DNA of 61,118 bases, the filler included, from Dugesia japonica (taxonomy: Eukaryota), in NCBI GenBank assembly GCA_001938525.1. It is 6 parts of 6 records of this genome, joined end to end, with 100 filler letters (N's around TTAATTAATTAA, not from the genome) between each part and the next. Parts side by side here need not be neighbours in the genome. Positions count along the whole stretch, not along the records: positions 51,954 to 61,118 come from MQRL01496723.1; 5 more parts are not named here. The stretch is one strand, 5' to 3'. Under the pieces are notes generated by a model that saw nothing but the letters and a program-made list of their open reading frames with translations, was not told the DNA's origin and did no database searches. Position numbers and translations under genes: made by a program. Shown piece after piece: positions 51,954 to 61,118 of the stretch (positions are counted from its first letter, which is position 1; the number at the start of each line of letters is the position of its first letter).

Positions 51954-52643
51954 AGTTAGAATGCAAGTTTAACAAAGACTTTAATAAGTCACGTAAACTT
52001 AAATAGAAAAACAAATTTAAAAAAAAAATAAAAAATGTAAAAAAAAAAATACAAAAAAAAATTTATTTAAAAACAAAAGTTAATTTAAAAAAAATAAAAA
52101 TTATTTAATCAAAAAAAATTTATTAAAACAAAAAAAATTTATTTAAAGAAAAAAATTTTATTTAAATTAAAAAAAATTTATTTAAACAAACAAAAAAAAT
52201 TTATTTAAACAAAAAAAATTTATTAACAAAATAAAATTATTAAAAAAAAAATTTATTTAAAAAAAATTTATTTTAACAAAAAAAATAAAATTTATTTAAA
52301 CAAACATAGAAAAATTTTATTTAAACAAAAAAAAATTTGTTTAAAGAAAAATTTTTTTTTTAAGTTATGTGTTTCCGTGAGGGGGGTATGGTTTTTGTTC
52401 TGACATAGAAAATTTTTCGAAAAAAAGTATGAAAGTGGGCGGAGAAAAAATTGGGCGTGGCCAAAAAAGTGGACGGGGCAAAAAGATAAAAAGTGGGCGT
52501 GGCCAAAAAGTGGACGGGGCAAAAAGATAAAAAGTGGGCGTGGCCAAAGAAGTGGGCGAAGTCCAAAAGTTGGCGGGGCTATGACTCATCGGGGGGGATA
52601 CTCCCTCTCGACGGGCCCCGGTTTGGTGCGCTCATATCTACCT
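51954..52643 (+). mobile_element. Element end (probable TIR of Polinton 2) with A-rich and GC-box minisatellites
   Basis: AAAAAAATTTATTTAAA repeats, AAAAGTGGGCGTGGCC repeats, and the same terminal 31 bp as 29694-29724. Confidence 0.55.
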
Positions 52644-53066
52644 ATTTGAATATATCATTATAATTTAAGAAAACGACAAAAGAAACCCTCAAAAGTCTTG
52701 AACAAAGGACTCTTTCTATCTATAACTCAGAATTGTGCAAGTATGGGTAAGTCTCAATGCACACTTAATTTGGATTTAACTAGCAATATTGAAATACACA
52801 CACATGCATCATTCCATTAATTACATTACAAAACACAAATACATCATAACAACACATCAATTAAAATACGCTGGTTTACAAAACTAATAAATACATCTAA
52901 ATAAAATGAAAAAAATTAATATTTTTAATGGTTCTCTGTATATCTAAAATAAATAAATAAACTTTTTAAATGTAAATATAAAATATATTAATTATTAATT
53001 TAATATATACCTCAGAAAATTTGAATTCAAAATTTATTAATAATCTATATCGGTTAATTTAATTTT

Positions 53067-54515
53067 ATGGCTTGTTTGGGTGGAGAAGCTCAAAAGCGAC
53101 ATGAATATTTTCTTAAAAAAATAACAAAAAAGAATAATGAAGTAAAAAATATCCACCGCATAATTCTGATTGGTACTGGTGAATCAGGGAAGTCAACATT
53201 TGTTAAACAAATGAAATTGTTGTCTTCAATAAATCAAACATTTCCAGATGTCTACAGAGCTAAATTTATTCCTGAAATTCAAAGAAATCTTGTTCAAGGT
53301 TTAACGGCTATTTTACAATTTATGGATCAAGTGAAATTAGATTTTAAACATGCAACTACACAGCTTTATTCGGCTAAGAAAGAACTATACGAAATTCGAG
53401 ATCAAATCGATAAAAATCCTGATATGATTGAAAAATATGCTGGAAGTTCGGATTTGGAAGTAAGAAATAATTTCTATGATAATTGCAAGGCACTGTGGAG
53501 AGATCCGAATATACTTGATACATATCAAAGATCCAATGAATATCAATTAATTGATAGCGCACAATATTTTTTGGATAAAATAGACTTAATACGCAGTCCT
53601 GAGTATAAACCTTCTGATGATGATGTTCTCCAATGCCGAACAAAGACTCTTGGAATTCACACTGAAATTATAAATTACAATAACGTAAATTTTGAATTGG
53701 TAGACGTTGGTGGTCAAAGAGATCAAAGAGCTAAGTGGATTGAAGCATTAAGTGATGGTGTAACTGCAGTAATATTTCTTACTGATGTTTCCGCTTATGA
53801 TATGGTTCTTGCCGAAGATCAAACAACAAATCGCTTACGAGAGTCTGTCAGTCTTCTTGGTCAAGTCTGGACAAAGAATCCGCTAAGAGATAAGTCTATT
53901 ATACTGTTTCTTAATAAACAAGATAAATTAGAAATGAAAGTAAGAAAGGGTAGAACTCATATTGAAACTTATTTCCCGGAATTTAAACAGGAAAAATGCA
54001 AGCATATATTCGAATTGATTAAAGATTTAAAAGCTGCAAGAGGAAAGCGTAGTAAAAAAGAAAGTGATATTTGGGAAAAATATTTTTCTTATTTTTTACC
54101 ACAAATGAGAGATCAGAAAAAAAGTGACAATCCAGAAGATGCCATACGTCAACAACGCGAAACTCAGATCATCAATGAGTACTCACAAATCCAATCTCAA
54201 GTAGCCAAAGTATTTAATGATGGATCAGTTGATAAATGGCTAACAGATGGAGACGATGATGATATATTTTCGCATTTAATGAAAAATGATGAATTCATAA
54301 GTTTTCATAAGCGAATAATGAATATTACATTTTACCAAGTGGTGAGTATTACTTTTTTCATAGAAAATCAATTCTTACATCAATGTGAGCAAACCAGTAA
54401 TCGCCACATTTATCCATACCCAACTACAGCTATTGATAAAAGAAATGTGGATCGCGTTTTCGAGTCTTGTAAAGATATACTGCAGGGAAAACTTCTTACT
54501 GAAATAATGGCATAA
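53067..54515 (+). CDS. Heterotrimeric G-protein alpha subunit, divergent Gs-like, intronless
   Basis: GTGESGKST, RSNEYQLIDSAQYFLDK, RTKTLGI, DVGGQRDQRAKW, TNRLRES, ILFLNKQD, YFPEF, TTAID; Cys3; AATAAA downstream. Confidence 0.93.
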   Translation: MACLGGEAQKRHEYFLKKITKKNNEVKNIHRIILIGTGESGKSTFVKQMKLLSSINQTFPDVYRAKFIPEIQRNLVQGLTAILQFMDQVKLDFKHATTQLYSAKKELYEIRDQIDKNPDMIEKYAGSSDLEVRNNFYDNCKALWRDPNILDTYQRSNEYQLIDSAQYFLDKIDLIRSPEYKPSDDDVLQCRTKTLGIHTEIINYNNVNFELVDVGGQRDQRAKWIEALSDGVTAVIFLTDVSAYDMVLAEDQTTNRLRESVSLLGQVWTKNPLRDKSIILFLNKQDKLEMKVRKGRTHIETYFPEFKQEKCKHIFELIKDLKAARGKRSKKESDIWEKYFSYFLPQMRDQKKSDNPEDAIRQQRETQIINEYSQIQSQVAKVFNDGSVDKWLTDGDDDDIFSHLMKNDEFISFHKRIMNITFYQVVSITFFIENQFLHQCEQTSNRHIYPYPTTAIDKRNVDRVFESCKDILQGKLLTEIMA

Positions 54516-56536
54516 AGTGGGAAATATTCGGTGCAACATTTTGTTTATGGTTAAGTGAATTGAAAATATACTTCAATAAATAAATTCTCTTAGTTAGTTA
54601 AAGTTTTCAATTAACAGTTAACAATTTATCAATCCAATATGGTCATTTAACCATTGAAATAGGCCAGTTGACTGTTTTACTATTATATATCTGGAAAATA
54701 AACTAACAAATTTGTTAAATACCATAATATTAATTGTTTTTAAATAATTAACTTATTTTGACTAAACAAATTGCTTAAAAAAATTTAGCTGCTTAATTTT
54801 CTATGGTTCAGTTACAAAAACCCATACAAAAAACGCATATACATAAATGCCCACACGGATTTAACCCCATTTTGACAAAAGCCCACATTTTTGAATTTAT
54901 CAAACATTATATTTTCTCCGTGATATTTTTCATATGAAATTGATTCATTTTAAAATTATTATAAGTCCAAACGAAATAAAAATTAAATTGATATTGAGAT
55001 CTGGTAATTCATGTGAACAAAATAAAAATGAGGTTGATATTACAGTGAAATGAAGTGGAAATCCGAATGCAAATAAATCGAGAGAAAAATTGATCTTAAA
55101 CTCGAGTAAATTGTATTAACAAAAAAATCGATGTTATCACAAAACGGATCAATGTACAAACGAAAAGTAGGCGAAAATAGGAAAACGCAATCGAAATATC
55201 TCGTACAAATGAAATAACAAAGAAATTAATATGGTGGAGAGGTGAAATTCAAGTAAATCGTATAAATGACATCAAATGAGGTTAAACTTTTAAAAAACGG
55301 ACTTGAGATCAGTGTATAGACGAGTAATAACGAAAGTTTAAACGAATTAGTAACGCAGAAAAGTGTAAAAAAATTCAAACTGAATGCAAGTTATAGTTCG
55401 ATTGTAACGTCGTTTCGTAACTCTATGAAATCCAGCGATTGTGAAGCTCAAGTAGATCACGAAAAGTTGAAGACTTAAGTTAGAGAATCGAATTATATTA
55501 ACATTGCAAGTTGAATTCTCAAGAGCTCTGTCAAAATAACGAACGAAGTAATAACAATTAATATTTATTAAAATCTCTTTTTTATTCTCGCTTATTTATT
55601 ATTATTATTGATAAAGTTTTATTTACAATGTTCAATGCATAAACTTTTGTTATGATTTTTAATTAAAGTACATCAGTTATCAATCAAAGGTTTTTTGCTT
55701 ATTGGTCGTTATACTTTAATATGAATTATATCAACTTTACACGTAGCAACTAAATGACCTTATAATTTACTTATAAGGAAGTGATATGAATAAATTTTTA
55801 AATGGAATTAAATGAATGACCACTACTTTACTGAACAAGATATATGCTCTCTATTAAAGTACTGCCACTCGAAATTAAGAGCTTGTCGTCATCTGAGTAC
55901 GAGGCTAATTCAGTCTTTGAATATCAGTAAGTTCTGGTTGAAGAACAAAAGATTCTTTCAATTTTTCGCTTCTTACACCAAATTACAAATATTAATTAAT
56001 TATTAATTACCATTAATTACAAATATTGTTGCAATTTCACCTAGAGTATTTTACTAGCAAAAACTTCATTTACTAATTTTATTACTCTTAAAATTTAACG
56101 GGTTGACAAAAATAAATTGATTTCGGTTTCCTTGCCCACTTTAATACGGTTAGAGAAATACAAAAATACTCAAAACAACTCGGGGTTTTGCACAGATTTT
56201 CCAAAATAACCCAAAATATTTTAGCTTTAAGAATTAAGGTGGTAGAATATAAAATAATTTTGCTTCACAGAAATAAATATTTGATTTTCTTATAATAAGT
56301 AATAATTACATTTAAAATAGTCTAATAAAATATTTTAGTTTAATTAGTATTCAATTTAATCATAAAAATCTTTTAATTCGTTGTTTAAAAGTTTTTAAAA
56401 TTTAGCATTTNATTTGAATTTCAAATTTTTTAGTTATTTTTATTTATTTCTTAAAGTAAGTTAAATTTAACTTAATTCAATTTATTGATAAAATTAGGTG
56501 ATTATTTTAAAAAGGATTATATACATCTTTTATATA

Positions 56537-56862
56537 ATGACAACTGCCGGTAAATTCACGATGTTTTTTAAAAATTCAGTTTTCAGTCAATTTTATACTT
56601 GCACTTTCACTATAGATAATCATAAATTTAATTCCTGTGAACAATATATGATGTACAGAAAAGCACGTATATTAGAACTAAATGTTTTTCATTTAATTCA
56701 TTTCAATTAGTATTATTTAATGATGAAGAAGCTGCAAATCAAATATTAAAAGAAAGAAAACCGTGGATCATTAGAAATATAGGTAGAGAAATTAGGAATT
56801 TCAACGACGATGTTTGGATTGGCAATCGCGAGTTGATTGTTAAACAAGGCAATAAAGCCAAA
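56537..56862 (+). CDS. NADAR (YbiA/DUF1768) family protein, exons 1-2
   Basis: FSQFY...FNSCEQYMMYRKA, 44-nt intron 56667-56710, then LLFNDEEAANQIL...IGREIRNFNDDVW...GNKAK ending at a GT donor; the C-terminal exon(s) were not found. Confidence 0.85.
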
Positions 56863-57750
56863 GTTAGTTTTTAAGCAAGATTTATTTATTATTTATAATA
56901 TTTTTTCAAATCTGAAATTAATCTAAATTTGTTATCATCAAACATATTTCATGTCAGCAAGTCCATGACTACGTCATTTATTATGTATTCGACTACCGGG
57001 AATTAAATTATTAGTTAATTATTAATTAAATTATTAAAAAAGTGAATAATTACCAAAAAAAATAAACTTTCACAATAAACAAAAAAAATTTACAAATAAT
57101 AATTCAAAATTTCACGGAATAATCATCCAATTATAACAATCAAAATTATTCCAAAAATAATTTCTATGCTCAGATTTCACATATTTTTTATACCAATCGG
57201 TTAAGAATTTGGTTTTTTCAATATTTTACTGAGATTTTTCGAACAAAATAAAAACTATTTCAAATTTTCTCATCAATCCGTCTCATCCAATCAATAGAGA
57301 GAAAATTTTGTGCTGAGTAAGAATAACACTGGTAAAAATCACCGAAACGTATTCCCGAGGAAATAAATGGAAATAACAAAAAAAAAACAAACAGGATATC
57401 TATAGATCACGGATTCTCAAAGAGCGGCCTGCAATATCGATACGATATATATTATATTCTTATTAAAAATAAATAAGTAAATAGTAAAATATTTTAATAT
57501 AAGAGTGAATTTACTTTCGTGCTAATAAATAATGTGATTTTATAATAACTGTTGTTACAGTTAAAGATTTATATTATTATATAACAAAATAAGATCGATT
57601 TCAGTTAGTTTTTTGTTTTAATAAATATGTAATTATATATTTATATTTTTGTATTAAATTTAGTATACTAATAACAAAAATAATTGTTTTAATATTGTTT
57701 TGATTTTATTCCGTTTTTTTGGCCCCCAAAAATATTATAATTTTAAATTT

Positions 57751-58290
57751 TTCCGCCAAAAAATCGGTAATATTAAATTTTCCCGCCAAAAAATCGGAAA
57801 TATTAAATTTTCCCGCCAAAAAATCGGAAATATTAAATTTTCTCGCCAACAAATCGGTAATATTAAATTTTTCCGCCAACAAATCGGTAATATTAAATTT
57901 TTCCGCCAAAAAATCGGTAATATTAAATTGGCCTTTCAAAAAATCGGTAATATTAAATTGGCCTTTCAAAAAATCGGTAATATTAAATTTTTCCACCAAA
58001 AAATCGGTAATATTAAATTTTCCCGCCAAAAAATCGGTAATATTAAATTTTCCCGCCAAAAATTCGGTAATATTAAATTTTCCCGCCAACAAATCGGTAA
58101 TATTAAATTTTCCTGCCAAAAAATCGGTAATATTAAATTTTTCCGCCAAAAAATCGGTAATAACAAATTTTCCCGCCAAAAAATCGGTAATAACAAATTT
58201 TCCCGCCAAAAAATCGGTAATAACAAATTTTCCCGCCAAAAAATCGGTAATAACAAATTTTCCTGCCAAAAAATCGGTAATATTAAATTT
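57751..58290 (+). repeat. 30-bp tandem satellite, 18 copies
   Basis: (TCCCGCCAAAAAATCGGTAATATTAAATTT)n with minor variants. Confidence 0.97.
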
Positions 58291-58369
58291 GTTGGGCTTT
58301 TAGGATTTTTTATTTCTTTTACAAAAAACAATATTCATCGCTCTCATTCACTTCCGATAAATTGTCACC

Positions 58370-58525
58370 TGATCTAGAGGCAACCTAAAAACCTCAAGCG
58401 TTTGCATCACCTCTGTGATGTGCCCCTCTCTTTCCTCGGGTCCAGCGCGACTTTGTGNTATCGCGTCTTATTCATCGATCCATGAACCCTACAGTAATAA
58501 ACCTCTTTCGTTCAACACTAGATCA
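58370..58525 (+). ncRNA. Candidate multibranch RNA structure
   Basis: Closing stem TGATCTAG/CTAGATCA with internal hairpins GAGG/CCTC, GCATCAC/GTGATGT, GCGCGA/TCGCGT and TTCAT/ATGAA. Confidence 0.45.
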
Positions 58526-58645
58526 CCTCATTATATAATTTCATCTCTATTCAATCTCCGTTAGTAAATAACACAACATAAAAATCAACAAAATTGAACA
58601 CACTACATTTCCCATTAACCACATTTATTTAATTCAAAACAGGAG

Positions 58646-59925
58646 CTACTCGCCATCGGTGCCCAAATCCACCGTCATGTTCCTGGCTTCTGTGGGTGAC
58701 GGCGGTTCTCGATAATTCATCCACATGGGGTTCGTAGCGACAGGAACATCGCACTCTCCCGGTCAGCGTGCGTTTTCATTACGTCCGCCATGAGACGATT
58801 AGCGTGCTGAAGGGACAATTCTTTCTCTTTTAATTGAACTTCCCCATGGCCTTCATTACTTGTCCCTTCAGACGGAGGATCTCATCCCTCATTCCCCGTC
58901 TCTCCTCTTTCCATTTGTTTCNNNNNNNNNNNNNNNNNNNNCTCCTTCCTTGATCATCAGTTGATTTTGACACTGCAATAATTATAAACATTAATAAAAA
59001 GAATTTTTTAGTATCATGACCATTAGTAAGATTATTGCATAAATATATATAATGTTCTCACCTTGAACATTCAACACTCGTGAAATCTTTATTACTAATT
59101 AACCAATCTTCGCCGCCTCTGCGGATCCTCTCTCTAACCCCAAATCAATCCTTACAACTAGTGACATACATATCACATAAAACATACTCAATAATAACAA
59201 TTTCTCTGAGTTAAAGATTTACATTTTATTAATTCAACGACAACCGTCCGACTCTTTCCCGTTCTAATAATTGACCCACTATCTGTGCCTCCTCCTTCTC
59301 CAATTCAGCCTCTTCTGCTTCTGTCAACGTTCTGACATTGGAGATTTGCAAGNNNNNNNNNNNNNNNNNNNNNNNNNNNNNNNNNNNNNNNNNNNNNNNN
59401 NNNNNNNNNNNNNNNNNNNNNNNNNNNNNNNTCATCATCAAATGGACCTCTTGGATCACTAGTTGTAACTGGGCGATTTCCAAATCCGCCTGCAGGTCTG
59501 CAACCGCCGTCCGCCATTCTTCTTCTTTCTGCTTGAGCATCGCTTGGATCTCCGACCATTCCACATACAAATATCCGTCTTTATCAATATACGCGCTCCG
59601 ATCTTCCTTGGATTCCTCATGGCCCGCATTCTGAGTTGGTTCCTGCATCTATAACCAATCAATTACAGATATTCTACTCAATATTAATAAATAAAACCAA
59701 AAGATCATCAACGATTCTTCGGCCTTGGGCCTATCAAATCTTCTCCCCCGCTCCATGGCGTGAACCAGAGAAGATGGTCACTAATTGCGAGCATCTTTTC
59801 TCGTTCCCGCCATCTTCAAGCCCTGTTAAGATTTCCCTCCATTTTCAACATGATCCTTCTCACCACACATACTACACCAACTATCGGTCGATTCACCGGA
59901 CAGCGATAATACTTAGTTGCACATA
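58646..59925 (-). pseudogene. Cluster of short spliced ORFs, mostly coiled-coil, of unknown function
   Basis: ORF 59229-59648 after a TTATAG acceptor; exon 58646-58972 after GT-AG intron 58973-59061; coding-like frame ~59710-59910 with one stop. Confidence 0.45.
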
Positions 59926-61118
59926 AAAGAAAATAATAATTCTTGGTTAAACCAAATTTAAACTAGTAATCAATACAACTCATGTAAGGTACCTAACTCT
60001 TAATAATTATTCCATGATACGGACATAAAAAAAATAGCATTCGTACAAACTGTCACTAACATCTAAAGGATGCAGTTTGACTGTCCGACTCGCCCAAAAA
60101 GAGCAAATTGTATAATAAAAAAAATATTAAGATTAATGTTCACATAGTATTCTCGAGATCTTTACTATAACGAAAAGTTACAGTAAAACCTTCCAGAAGG
60201 CTAAAAAAATATGATCATGTAGGATTCGAAATATTTACTTCCGGACGTGGAAATTAAAATTTAATACTAACAGGAAAAACCCCAACTATAACCAAAAGTC
60301 ACAGCTGAAGATTCTCCCAATTTATGAACCTTAGTAATTTGAATGCCAAGAGGACCAACCCAGGACCAATATACTAAAAGCCACAGCTGGGAGTTCTTCC
60401 AATTGCATCACAAAACATAAACTATATAATTTTAATTTTCTAAGATAATAAAATAAAAATAGCACATTCAAGACAAAACTAATGATAACGAAAATGTAAT
60501 TACGAAAAAATTTTTTTATCAATATATTTCATTTTTAAAAAACTTAAAAAATTTCACAAAAAAAAAAATTTAAAACAAAAGTACCCTAACCACACGAGCA
60601 TAGCATATTTTAACAGCTTGATTGACTATATAATTACTCCACTCCACACAACGNNNNNNNNNNNNNNNNNNNNNNATCTTTTGCGTATACTCCTAATTAC
60701 TACTAAATTGTCGTCAACTCTACTTTTCTTTTCATTTCGAGATTTTCGTTGCCAGCATATCTATTCTCCGATCATCATTTTTCTCATATTCTCCTCGAAC
60801 ATTTCGTTTGTTTATCCCGATGTTCCAGAGCTCGGTCAATCGTGTGAAGAGAATTTCTTGGAATGGCACTCGATTATACGCCCTATTGACCACCAACACA
60901 AAAAGAAGTTAAACAATATTTACTTTGTTTGTAGGTTTCTGTTTCTTGATTGTTCACTCTGATTGCTCCTTCTGATCCAGTAATTCACTTGGTTTTCTTT
61001 GACAATTTAATTCAATAAACCTTGATAATTCAATTCAATAAATTAACTTTTTTCTGTCAATTTTCAAATTGTGTTTACTTTTATTCTTCGTTTTGTTGGA
61101 TTCCTATTAGCCGGCCAA

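Noticed and set aside
54800-55560. Possible MULE remnant (ACAAAA(A/G)CCCA repeats plus a decayed ORF)
   Set aside because: No catalytic motif, second TIR or TSD identified.
57700-58377. CRISPR array or repeat-protein CDS
   Set aside because: Units are head-to-tail near-identical with no unique spacers and no cas genes; the ORFs arise from a 30-bp period lacking stops.
61095-61118. tRNA 3' end or primer-binding site (TGGCCGGCTAATAGG on -)
   Set aside because: Cut by the window edge; no T-arm or adjacent LTR can be verified.

Overview
AT-rich eukaryotic scaffold window, most likely a flatworm such as a planarian (inferred from a WxCG-type four-TM gene, 43-44 nt introns and the transposon mix). 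It is stitched from six contigs by 100-bp N44-TTAATTAATTAA-N44 spacers, so adjacency across spacers is not directly shown. Host genes: a claudin-like 4-TM gene, NAA38/LSMD1, the 3' exons of a delta-catenin/p120-family ARM gene, an intronless Gs-like G-alpha with a large insertion, and the first two exons of a NADAR gene. The rest is mostly nested, decayed mobile DNA: two distinct Polinton/Maverick (adintovirus-like) elements, five AG-starting Polinton-type termini, two mariners, a Helitron split by a MULE (9-bp TSD), a hAT MITE (8-bp TSD), a Penelope and Gypsy LTR fragments. The least explained signals are (i) a ~600-nt multi-domain RNA structure with a perfect 12-bp pseudoknot upstream of a Gypsy gag (40219-40810), (ii) two regions (1-6200 and 58370-60900) combining + strand RNA structures with short, acceptor-led coiled-coil ORFs on the - strand, and (iii) GC-rich palindromes inserted in frame in a Polinton protease. 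All family calls come from manual motif recognition; no searches or folding programs were run.
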